DNA of 62,771 nt, filler included, from Globobulimina sp. (GCA_003354225.1; 43 parts of 43 records of this genome joined end to end with filler, not necessarily neighbours in it), one strand, 5' to 3'; shown: positions 26,420-38,420, counted from the first letter of the whole stretch. Numbers and translations: made by a program. The notes: generated by a model from the letters alone, not told the origin.

Positions 26420-27530
26420 TTAGACGCCGTACATTATCACATTCTCTTCGTTCTCATTCACATAAATACCACTTAAATCGACTATCATCAAACACATAAT
26501 CGCACCTTGTTTATTAATACGTATAATATCAGTAAATATTTTTAAAAAAAAGTGATCCATTTCTCTTTATTCACCATTAAATTCATTAATTTTTTCCTTT
26601 GATTATAATTTATATTGATTTCATAGGGACAGTAATCATTTTTATTATGAATATATTTGGCAAATAGTTGGCATGCTTTTATCTTATATTCTGTCAATAC
26701 GTCCTGCTTTGTCACTGGCTTATTGTTATAAGCCACAGTCGTAAATACAATAAAACTCTTTGGCACACAAGCAGGGATTGACAGGTTGATATTTCGTGTC
26801 TACTGTGTACATTTTGTATATTTTGCATGGAATAATCAGTCATCGAAGAGCCAGAGCCAGAGCCCGAAGTGATGAGTATAGGCGGCGTCGGTGATAACGA
26901 TGAATTTGAGGGCAAGTCTTCTATGTTAGAACAGGATGAAATGCGGCGATATTGAGCGTCGAAAGGATGAAGGCAAACACAATTGATTTGCCCCTAATAC
27001 ATCGGTGTATGAGTAGGATAAGCATTTCAGCAGACATTCATAGCAGACATTCATGGCTGAATTCATGAAACAATTAAAACCCTGATTACATTGCAGACAT
27101 TCATATAATTTCAACTGTCTGCCATGTGGTGAGATGGTGGATAACTTGCGATGGTTGTTTTTGTTATGAATTATCGCCGAATTTGATCCAACCGCAGATA
27201 AAGAACGTAAGGAGCGAATGGCTGCAGACGCGGTTGGCGTTGTACTGGTCGATGTGTTGCTGTTGACGTTGCAAATATGGCAATGTCCTTCGTACAGATT
27301 ATTATAATACAAAATGCAAATATTATGCCGCTCCATGACTTAATAAATAGGAATGAGATGTTACCGATAGCCATGACTGAATCTGAATGAATCACCATAT
27401 AATATTTAAGAATGAGCAGCCAAAATAAAAACACCATTCGATTACACATAATACGATGATATAAATATATTCCATATAAAATTAAATCCAGTTCTTATCC
27501 ATTCCAATATCCTCCATACGACGTCTAATG
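26420..27530 (-). pseudogene. 7TM-RGS (regulator of G-protein signalling) gene, frameshifted
   Basis: TM helices followed by LYECLQCNQGFNCFMN and ACQLFAKYI..YEININYNQRKKL (RGS). Several frame changes lack clear splice signals. Confidence 0.6.
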
Positions 27531-27795
27531 TCTATATATATGATTTCATTTTTTATTTTTTTTTTATTTTTATTGCAAAATCGCATGTTGTTTTTGAGAC
27601 TGCTTTTAAACTAAGATAGCATATGCATATGTTACATAGATGTTTCGTATGTAAACCGCTATCGTAGTTTAAAAATCCAATCTCGGCTAGAAGTGNNNNN
27701 NNNNNNNNNNNNNNNNNNNNNNNNNNNNNNNNNNNNNNNTTAATTAATTAANNNNNNNNNNNNNNNNNNNNNNNNNNNNNNNNNNNNNNNNNNNN

Positions 27796-29157
27796 GTTTA
27801 TAGCGTATAATAAATGTATGATGAGATTGGAAATCCCATTCATTCTCTTCCTTTTCCTCAACATTTAATTCATTTGTATCATATTTACTCACTTTAAACA
27901 ATTTCGTCGGTATTAATATATCTGCCAATGGTTTCACAATTTCTTTAATAAAATAGCTCCATGCTTTTGTCATTCCAATCGAATTCAATCCCAAACCATA
28001 ACTGTTCATTGAATTTGGTCGAATAATTGGAACTAATCCAGAATTCTTCGCATATAGTGATGGTTTAATATAATTTTCCGATTCTTCCAATAATTTGTCA
28101 CATACCTCCTGAGTGAAAACACCTAATACATACACACCGCCGATCGGATTTATAATGAAATTGCTCGGATCCTTACTGTATTTATCAATAATTTTCAACT
28201 TGATATCAATATCAGTATTCTCCTTCAATTCTTTTACAAATTTTAATAATGTTTTATCTAATAACTCCAATGGAAAATACTCCTTTTCTGTTTGAAAAAA
28301 TAACTCTGAATATTTAGGTTTATAATTTTTGGTAATATTCATTTGTTGTTGTTTCTCTTTATTATCTTTATCCGTTTTAATGCGTTGTCTTATCTTTAAA
28401 TGATAATTTCTTTTCATTTGCTTCCTTTCAGATTCATTTGGTATATTATCATTTAATGATTTTAATATTCCAACTGTTTCTGTATTATTTCGGATAAAAT
28501 CATTTAACAATCCAAGCATTTCGGATTTATTATGCATTCTGGCGGTGTCCATTGCAGTCATTCCATTAAAATCTTTTTTGCATAATATATCAATCATTTT
28601 CGTAGAATGATATTGCTTCATATAATTTAATATTAATTTACAACATTCAGTTGAATCTGTTTCAGCCGCTTGATGTAATATGGTTTTCCCGCCACAAATA
28701 TATATCGGAAAACCTTTTTTGTTTGTTCCAGACGTAAAAAACAATTGCGCTAAAATAGAAATTACAAATTACAAATTACAAACCAGTGGCATGGATTGCA
28801 CAATCTTTGCTGATTAAATCCAATCTGGGTTTAAATTCTAATAACTTTGCTACACATTCATTGCTCCATTGATTAACACTGTAAAATAACGGTGAATAAC
28901 CATCAATATCTACCTCATTTATATTTATATGATATTTGCGGATTAATACTTCAATCAATTCATCACACTCATTAATGCACGCACAATGTAATAAATTCAT
29001 TGCTCGCTTATCACGCACATCTTTGAGAAAATCGTTTCCTTTTTCTTTAATTATATCAATATTATCAAATAAATATTTCTCAAAATTGACACTGCTCTTT
29101 GTCGCTTCAAATGGGAATTCGTCTTTCTTACAGGCAAAATCTTTAGTTTCTGTCTCT
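27796..29157 (-). CDS. Ankyrin repeats fused to an OGFOD2/ICU11-like 2OG-Fe(II) oxygenase, partial
   Basis: Ankyrin: LLHCAC, DGYSPLFYSV, GKTILHQAA, GMTAMDTA. Oxygenase: RPNSMNSYGL, SHHTFIIRYK. A 34-nt intron at 28783..28750 joins the ORFs. Confidence 0.8.
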
Positions 29158-29549
29158 NNNNNNNNNNNNNNNNNNNNNNNNNNNNNNNNNNNNNNNNNNN
29201 NTTAATTAATTAANNNNNNNNNNNNNNNNNNNNNNNNNNNNNNNNNNNNNNNNNNNNTTCATAATATTCCTTCCACATCAAATATTGACCAAAGACCAAC
29301 CAATTAATGTATTTGATAACATTTACTGGCAGATGGATGCATTTCGAATGCGTATTTTCCAAACAAAATAAAAATTCTATTTATTAGTTTGACAGGCAAT
29401 AATAAAAAAAAGTTGAATGGTGTCAGTAAAAAACAACAACAAAAATCAGACTAACATAAAAACACAAAAACACAAACATATAATAAGACGGTACAAATTA
29501 AGAAACCTGGTCAGTACTGCTGCATTTTGTGTTGTTAGACATCATATAT

Positions 29550-30323
29550 TTACGCATTATGTTTGATTCCACGTAAACTGAGTAATTGAAACATCTTCAA
29601 ACCTTTGCCATTCTTTTTATTTTTCCTCACATGCGCACAATTTAAATGCGATTGTAAATCATCTCTATTTGCAAATGTCAACACACATTGACAACATTGA
29701 TAACGCCCATCTTTCATTATCATGCCGCCTCCAAATGCATTGATATGTTTTTTTAAATCCATTTGCTTTTTAAATTGACATCGACAAAAATTACATTTAT
29801 TATTTCCATTTGTAATCATATGATTATTATAATGTTTGACATATGCAAAAAAACGGCAATATTGTTTGTCACAAAACTCACATTCAAATTTTTTTCGTCT
29901 TCTTTTATTTGATATATTGACAACATCAACATACTCATCATCAGAATTGTACATATCATCACTTTCTTTATTCATTTTACTGAACACTCGCTTTCGTTTT
30001 CGTTTACTTTTTTTTCTGTGTTTAGAATTCTTTGCTTTCTTTTTTTTGTCTGTTTTAAAATGTGATTTCTTAAGATGTGATCTCCATTGTTGTGCTGTAT
30101 CAAAATCTTTGTTACAAAAAGTGCATTCATAGCGATGATCGCTATCACTGTCACTCTCATTATCTCCCAAACAAATACTGGAAGCATCTGATGAAGAGTC
30201 ATTGTATCCAAATGTTGTGGGAGGTGGTGGTTTTGGTGTAGCTGTTGGACTTAATGCAATTGTTGCTTTTTGAGACGAAGTTGATGTTGATGTCGAAATA
30301 TTAGATCCGGGCAACATATTCAT
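29550..30323 (-). CDS. C2H2 zinc-finger transcription factor (upstream exon likely)
   Basis: YECTFCNKDF..HLKKSH, FECEFCDK..HYNNH, CCQCVLTF..HLNCAH. Basic NLS-like stretches. Confidence 0.85.
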   Translation of the reverse strand: MNMLPGSNISTSTSTSSQKATIALSPTATPKPPPPTTFGYNDSSSDASSICLGDNESDSDSDHRYECTFCNKDFDTAQQWRSHLKKSHFKTDKKKKAKNSKHRKKSKRKRKRVFSKMNKESDDMYNSDDEYVDVVNISNKRRRKKFECEFCDKQYCRFFAYVKHYNNHMITNGNNKCNFCRCQFKKQMDLKKHINAFGGGMIMKDGRYQCCQCVLTFANRDDLQSHLNCAHVRKNKKNGKGLKMFQLLSLRGIKHNA

Positions 30324-32181
30324 TTCAGCCGACTGATTGCCTAAATATTTTGTTATATGTTATACGAGTTATATCCACATATATAACTCTCTCATTTTGT
30401 CTTTTTTGAACCGTAAACTCAAATCAGTATTATTGTAAAAAATATATGTTTACGCACCATATGTTTAACAAGTGCATAAAATATTTAATTTGCATATCAT
30501 AACAAATTATACATATACCTGACTTTTATGATGTTAAATTATCTTTTCGCAACGCATTTGCGGTATTATTGAGAGTGGTTGTGGTGTTAACTGCAGATGA
30601 AGGTAAAATGTTGGTCGGTNNNNNNNNNNNNNNNNNNNNNNNNNNNNNNNNNNNNNNNNNNNNTTAATTAATTAANNNNNNNNNNNNNNNNNNNNNNNNN
30701 NNNNNNNNNNNNNNNNNNNAGCTGTTTGGCAGTGTCATCTATTCGGAGTGGCAAATTATACACAGTTTGTGGCTTCAGAGCTATTTCAGTGTGGCATATA
30801 GCAACAGTTTGGCCGTCAGATCTATCTCAGAAACGGTTTTGCATTCAGACTCATTTCGGAGTGGCAAATATAAACAGTGTGGCATTCAAATGTACGAAGG
30901 ACTTTTGTTTTGGTGCAAGGATTGGAGTGTAAAGGAAAAGAACCTATAAAAACGCCGTCGTTTTTATGGGTTGCAAGCAAGTTTTGTTTGAAAAAATGTG
31001 GAAAACCAAGGATGTACGAAACAAACCGCTGTACATACTTTGTCATGTATTGTAGCTGTGGATCGCGCTGGTTTTGCCGTCGTAGACGCCGCAAAAGAGA
31101 CATTTTTCTTGGTTTATATTTGGTTCGTTGGTTTGCGTTCCGTTTTCGTGTTGATCCAGCTTCAAATACTCCGTCGTTGGCAATATTCATCACAACACCA
31201 TAGCCATCACGCTCTAACAAGTTATTTGAGGATGGTTTGCTACGTAAACATAAACGACTGTGTTTGCAACCATGTTTGTCTGGTCATTTGTATCGGGTTC
31301 ATCATGGGTTTGTGTTGGGTTCGTGGGATATTTGCATCGTTCGTTGTGTTTCTAACGTTGCTGTCCATCTTGTGTTGGATCACCGGATCGCAAAGATGTG
31401 CTCGATGCTAGTTTCTATGCCCCAACAATATGTAGGTCAGGACGTGATACAATTATCTGTTCTGGGATAGCCATGCGCGTATTGGATTTTTTGTTGATAA
31501 TGGATGTGTCAGATCAATCATACGGTGTTGAATCAACACCAATCTGTGCAGTTTCTTTCCCACGTATTATTTTAACTGTAATGAGATCAATATCGTTACT
31601 GGCAGCCATATGGCTGACTGTCGTATGAATGTACTGTGTGTTTGTAAAGGATAAAGGTAATAGAACAAAGGGTGTGTGTTATGTTAAAGGTATATAATTT
31701 GTAGGGATATAAATAGGATTAGTTTGTTTTGCTTTTTCCTTCGTGAAGGCATTATGGTATGCAAAGGAAGTAAGAAGAAGATTTTCAAAGTCTGATGAAA
31801 GCTACTTCGAAGCTAGTAAACTAAAGATAGAAAACAGATTATTCGTTCTCGCCGCAATAACCTTGTAAGTCTGCAGGTATTCGACTGACTGCAATTATTG
31901 CTACTTCAAGAACTCAAGGTTTTCAAGAATAAATAATTCAATTTAATAAATAAATAATAAAGAAAAACAAATATATAGTTTGTTAACGTTCTTCACGTTT
32001 GCAGGTAATGTCGGTAGGATCCAAACCAAAGACTAAGATATATATTATCAAAAGTTTATAATTACCGGTTATTAATTCAACNNNNNNNNNNNNNNNNNNN
32101 NNNNNNNNNNNNNNNNNNNNNNNNNTTAATTAATTAANNNNNNNNNNNNNNNNNNNNNNNNNNNNNNNNNNNNNNNNNNNN

Positions 32182-33543
32182 AATTTCACAAAACAAACCC
32201 AAAAAAAAGTACCAATAAACTCAGCCATATATTTGGATATAGGCGTACTTCGACGGTCCTCATCCTTCCACAAATACCTTATAAACAAACCAGCAGCAAC
32301 ACCGGCTAACATCTCACTACATACATAAACCCAAAAATATTCAAATTTGATACTGTGTAACGTATCAGTAACACACGCGGCACTCATTATTGTCCCAAAC
32401 CAAACAGCCGGATTTAAACAGCAACCACTCACTGTATCTAATGACCCAATGGCGCCAATTGCCGACATTACCGTCCATCCAACACTTATCCCGCTGCTGT
32501 TACACGGAATGCCATTGCCCGGATTGGTTAACGTTACATTAACGATCGTTAAACAAACCAATAAAAAGGTAAACATAAATTCTGCGCCAAAAACCTGATA
32601 ATTCTCTTTTTCGATCCGAATGTGCGGATATATGTCGCCTGCATTGTCCCCACCGACTCCCCATGCCATTAAACCACCGGTAAAGCCGCCTAATAATTGA
32701 AGGAGAATATACATGCCTATATTTACGTAATCGTCCAATTCAAAGCCGTCAATATCAGCATGCAGCCATACACCGATAGTTATTGCCGGGTTAAAATGCG
32801 CTTGCGATATATAACCCCATTGATAAACAAGTGCAATTAATCCAAATGCTACGCCGAGTGAGGCGGTGATTGTTGGCGTAAACCCATTGTCCGCGCCGTT
32901 GTCATACGATGCTGAGACGAGTTTGATAATAAATACAAGGTATGCCGTGCCAACAAATTCTGCAACATACCGTCTTAAAACAGATATGAATGTATAACAT
33001 TTCTCAGTTATTAAATGGTGGAGTTTCATTCAAGTAAATCTGCTCAGAAACGTTTCTCAAAAGATTTACTTGAATGCAACTCCGTCATTTTAAAATTGCA
33101 TTTCATATATACCTTAATTGATGTTTAGTTTTTTCGCCAGCATAAGCTATCTCAGATTCTAAATCATAATCTTGATATAAATATTTATACAATACGCCTG
33201 AAAGTACGGCACCAACCACTGGCCCAACCATATAAATCCACAGATGATCCCACTGCAACTCGCTCCATTCAGTGCCAGCAGCCAACGCAGACGCTGTCGT
33301 TCCAAACCACACCGCAAAATTCAAACAAGCACCGGATATCCCATTAATGCCAACCGCACAAACTGCAGCGCCCAGAGCTGAGCCAATGGCTAAACCATAA
33401 AACGCATTTTTTTTAATCGCACTGGTCGCAGTGTGCAACACTGTATTTACTAAAAAAAATGTAAAGGCAACCTCTCCACAAAATGCCTGGGTCACTGTAA
33501 AAGTGTCCTTATTGTAACGCATACGAATTTGCCCAATGTCTTC
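32182..33543 (-). CDS. Multi-domain aquaporin: at least three tandem MIP units in one spliced reading frame, truncated at both ends
   Basis: Unit A C-half (SGACLNFA). Intron 33112..32974. Full unit B (YVAEFVGT, AHFNPA, CCLNPA). Unit C start (KYMAEFIGTF) follows with no stop. Confidence 0.85.
33013..33090. repeat. Fold-back inverted repeat within the aquaporin intron
   Basis: GGAGTTTCATTCAAGTAAATCT pairs with AGATTTACTTGAATGCAACTCC (21/22), around a central palindrome AGAAACGTTTCT. Confidence 0.85.
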
Positions 33544-33664
33544 NNNNNNNNNNNNNNNNNNNNNNNNNNNNNNNNNNNNNNNNNNNNTTAATTAATTAAN
33601 NNNNNNNNNNNNNNNNNNNNNNNNNNNNNNNNNNNNNNNNNNNTTTTTTTTTTCATCCGGGTGA

Positions 33665-33720
33665 CTTGAGTTCAAGTCCGTGATCATACATATGTATGAT
33701 CATATGGACTTGCACTCAGG
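33665..33720. repeat. Palindromic hairpin
   Basis: Perfect 22-nt palindrome TGATCATACATATGTATGATCA (33681-33702) with imperfect outer arms. Confidence 0.8.
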
Positions 33721-35105
33721 CTGAACCGCATGAGCAAAAAACGAAATTTGAAGCAATGTCAAAATTTTTACGTCACTAAACTGCTATATATTTGCTGTGA
33801 TTTGTAAAAAAAAAAATTGAAAAAAGTGAAATTTTGCAATTTTTACAACCGTTTATATTTGGGGGTATCAGCCTAATACCCCTTAAATGATCAGAATTGG
33901 TGTATATGATACGATGTACACATAATATATATACATGTGTGTCATGAGTGCACAAATACATAATTAAGACACTGAAAGTGTGAAATGAAAAGCAAAGAAG
34001 TCATAAGACATCAAACAAACTTAAAATACTTGTCTTATGACTTGTTTTTTTTCTTTTCATTTTTTTTTTTTTCTCAAAAAATTACTATTATGTCATGCAT
34101 CTATATGGCATATATAAAAATAAAATAAATAATATAATATAATATATAACTAATAAGTACAATAATAAAGTATTTTACATTAAAAAGATTAAAGCAGATT
34201 TAGCAGCGGATAAAAATAGAAATCCAACTGCTATCAAACAAAAACATAATTAAACACAAAAAATAAACGGACCAAATAAAACAAAATTGCACATTTCATC
34301 CATGCTCAGTGTTGTTGTTATTATTTTTGCGCTTCCGATGATGTGATCGACCGCCATTATTATTATGTCATCATCATCATCATCGCGATCATTTTCATTA
34401 TCCCGACAGTACGGATATGTGTCGGAATATGCCCCATAACCAATTAAAGCCTTCTTTTCGTCGATATTTAATGTTTTTAACATTTCCAGTGTTAATGGCT
34501 GTATTTGCAATCTCGACCAATGTGTTTCTCCATTCTTAATATTTATCAATAAAGATAGTAATTGTGGCGATTTAATCACTCCAAATGCTAATATTTTAAT
34601 AATTAACATTCTCATTTAAATGTCTTTTGAATACATTGACATATGAATTAAAATAATTATTATGAATTTTTATAATATGCATTAACAAATCCTCGACCAT
34701 ACGAACTTCATACAAACGGAAAAAGGCATCATACACCCAATTTAATAATACAATAGATAAATCATTTGTTTCTTGCAATTTACCGGATAATATTAATGAT
34801 ATTACTTCATTTGTATACTGCTCTGGACAAATAACTTGCATATCAATCACTGTTCGATTATTACAGCCCAATGTTATACGTTTGGCGAGTTAATGGAATT
34901 TCGAAAAGCACCAGTGTAATAGCACCAGTGTAAGTCTTCAATATAAAATGTACATTTCTATTCGCCATTTTACACTGGTGATTTTATATTGGTGCTTTAT
35001 ATTGGNNNNNNNNNNNNNNNNNNNNNNNNNNNNNNNNNNNNNNNNNNNNTTAATTAATTAANNNNNNNNNNNNNNNNNNNNNNNNNNNNNNNNNNNNNNN
35101 NNNNN

Positions 35106-36467
35106 TCTTACTCAAAAAACATTTCGTTTTTTTTTGTTTGAAAGCCTGGTGCTGTTTTATAATCTGGCCAGTGAGGAACAAATAGATGCTTTGATGAACC
35201 ATATGTTTGCTGGCAACAGATCGAGTTTATTAGAATCATTATCTGTGTTATTAGCACTGTTGCATCATTATCCCAATGTATCTGCAGAAAAACAGCAATT
35301 TGGTAACAGCAATTAGGTGATGATAATTTTGATATTTCAGGTGCTTATGAAGTTAAAACAGGACAGAATATCGATGAACTTATCGATAAACAATATAACC
35401 CCATAAATGGAGAGGATATTTTCATTGCGATTAGTGATTTTAGTGGTACTTTTATGGAAGACGTACTGATAAATGGTAATGAAAATTTGCAGAGGAATTT
35501 TGATATAGAAAATCCTCTACAAAATGAAGAGTATTGTTCCTTCCCTTTTTAATATAATTATAAATAGTGATTTTTTCTCAGTTTGTATACCCCTGGCAGA
35601 TTTTTTGTATATATATATATGATTTGATCAATTACAAATAACTTTTTTGGCTTAGTTTCATTTCATTTCAACGATTGGCAAGGTTTTTGGGTTAGCAACT
35701 AGGAATACTAGGATTACTACATTACTAGGTCATCGAATACTAGGTCAACTAGGGTTGAGCACACTAACTCTGTCGTCATTTTGCTTGCTTTGTTTGTTTG
35801 GTATTGTGTGTGTATTGTATCAATCAGACAGATCCTAAAAGGAAAGACTTCAATTCCTCGATTTGGCAAAGTTAGATTCATCGGCAATAATCGGTTTGAA
35901 AAGTCAAGCGATAACAATCATCAATCCATACACAACAACCATATATTCCATGATTCAATAATCAATTATTGTTCCATAAAAATCATATGATAATTCCATA
36001 AAAATCCAGTTTGAAATCATATGATAATTCCATTTTGCATGATTTTGCGTTACAGTTTGAAACTGAAACATTTTTTTCTGATTTAGTTGGTAATCGCACT
36101 CGGTTGGGATCCAGCAATCGAAGAATTAAAGGAATTGGATGAAGTGGCGGATTGGATGTACAAAGAAGAGTTAGTGCCCAAATTAATAGCTACATTGTCG
36201 CCGACCCATACACCCGATGAGCATTCTGCCGCATCATACACTTTAGTCGATATCGTGGCAAAAACATCTCGTTCTACAAAGTTAAGTACACACACACTTC
36301 TCACGATGACATGTTTAAAAAAGGTTTTTTTCAACTTAAACTTCAAAGTCTTACTCAAAAAACATTTCGTTTTTTTTTGTTTGAAAGCCTGGTGCTGTTT
36401 TATAATCTGGCCAGTGAGGAACAAATAGATGCTTTGATGAACCATATGTTTGCTGGCAACAGATCGA
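35106..36467 (+). repeat. Contig with 119-bp identical terminal direct repeats (circular or tandem unit of 1243 bp)
   Basis: 35106-35224 is identical to 36349-36467. Confidence 0.92.
36087..36290 (+). pseudogene. SAPS/PP6R (SIT4 phosphatase-associated) gene fragment, continuing through the repeat into 35106-35420
   Basis: WMYKEELVPKLIATLSPTHTPDEHSAASYTLVDIV resembles the SAPS domain. The next exon (LVLFYNLASEEQIDALMNHMF..SLSVLLALL) lies at the contig start and meets a stop. Confidence 0.65.
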
Positions 36468-36786
36468 NNNNNNNNNNNNNNNNNNNNNNNNNNNNNNNNN
36501 NNNNNNNNNNNTTAATTAATTAANNNNNNNNNNNNNNNNNNNNNNNNNNNNNNNNNNNNNNNNNNNNCTTTTTTTTTTTGCTTGTTTTTTTGTCATTATT
36601 TTTTTATTTTTAAGGGGTATATTTTATGTTTAGGTTTTAAAAAATTTTGGAGGTTACCATTGTTTTAAAATTTTTTTATCACTCCATAGGTTTGATTGAA
36701 AAAAGTGTTTTGCACTGACTGGCAACGCTTTTTTCAACATCATGGTTGACTTTAATGGTTAAATTAATATTGTTTAAAAAAAAACA

Positions 36787-37929
36787 TTACATCGGTTGTT
36801 GCGATGCGTTGGTATGACTTGCATCAACATTCATTTTTGAGATTGATTCGTCGGATTTATCCACTTCGACATTAACAAATTCAGAACTTTTACCAGACGC
36901 TGCATCATCAATGTCATGCGCCACTACAACATATTCATCCGTTTGTTCTCTATCTAAATTTAATGCATTTCCAATTTCATCCATCGCATTGTTGTTATTT
37001 TTACCATCCAACGCATGCTCTTTGCTGTCATCAACTTTTTCCTCATTTGCATTTTCCTCAATTTCAACATTTATTTTACCTTTTTCTTTATTCTCACTTT
37101 TATTTTCCACCACAATATTATGATTATTTGCTGTTTTATTTTCATCGGTTTGCATTTTTTTAACATTATTCTCGTATTCTTTGTTCGCATTTGTTTTGTA
37201 TTCGATAGTTTCATTATTCTCTTTCTTTTTAACTTTATTAATAACTCTATCTTTAAATCCTTTTATTTTGCTAATCAGGTTCGGCTTTGAATCCGTTTTC
37301 GTAAATTTATTGTTATATTGTTTCTGTAATTTAAAACCAATTAAACTTAAATCAGTACTCATTTGAGCATAATCTATGTTATTTACAATATTTTCTTTTA
37401 AAAGATGAATATCTTTGCATTTATTATAATCAATTTGAAGATATGTGGCCTCGCACTGATTCATCATATCGCCGTATAACCCATAGTCCCCATTTAAGTC
37501 CACAAAAGGAAATAACATCAAAAGATATTCATTCAATAATGTTGCATCTATAGTTTTGCATAAAAATACAATTTAATTCACGACAATTAAACAACAAATG
37601 AAACGAACCTGTAAATATCAAGAAATGTGAGCCATTTAATCCTTTCTCGCGTCGTGGATGTGAATCATACAAAACATATTCTTTATTTTTATGCATTTTA
37701 TGCACAAATATACTCTCCGGCGGTTTAGTGATTATACAAGAGACGTCGTGTTGACTTTGATTTGCATTTTTATCTAAAATACGGAGCACTTTACGTATGT
37801 TTCTTACATTACATTGCATCCAATCAATAGATTTAAGCATGGATTTGTAGCGTGTGACATGAGGCAATACGTCGCCTACTCCGGTATGCATTGACGAGGT
37901 ATATAAAGAAGCCATGCGTAGCACATCAT
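36787..37929 (-). CDS. Hypothetical protein with YDSHPR motif (possible papain-like peptidase fold) and acidic tail, spliced, partial
   Basis: CIITKPPES..YVLYDSHPRR. Probable intron near 37607..37550. Confidence 0.5.
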
Positions 37930-38029
37930 NNNNNNNNNNNNNNNNNNNNNNNNNNNNNNNNNNNNNNNNNNNNTTAATTAATTAANNNNNNNNNNNNNNN
38001 NNNNNNNNNNNNNNNNNNNNNNNNNNNNN

Positions 38030-38420
38030 CGAATAAAAAGAAAATAACATGGAAACAGTTACATCTGTCGCTACCTAAACAATTGGCTAATTTCGGACAT
38101 ACATTGGTTAGATTTAATAATCAAGAATATATATTATTGTTTGGTGGCATGCCCGGTGATAACCGTTCGATTTACATATGGAACGTATTGACAATGACTA
38201 TCACGCAAAGTGCAACAAAGTGTCCATTGGGTGGAAGACTTACTGCAATTTGCGATTATGCAAAGGTATTAAATATATGCATTGCATGTTATGTATTTAA
38301 TTTGAGCTATTCAGGTAAAGAGTGAACTGTTGATTTACGGTTTTACGAGAAACATAAACTCCGCATTTTTGATAGAGGATATAATGATGCTCATTAATTT
38401 GTGGACTGATAGATCTGAAG
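38030..38420 (+). CDS. Kelch-repeat protein C-terminus, partial
   Basis: LPKQLANFGHTLV..ILLFGG..SIYIWNV..KCP. Confidence 0.65.

Noticed and set aside
30720-31630. Overlapping ORFs on both strands as a real gene
   Set aside because: No recognisable motifs and stops in every extended frame; probably decayed sequence.
35688-35694. GGGTTAG as a telomeric repeat
   Set aside because: Single copy inside a dispersed repeat, not a tandem array.
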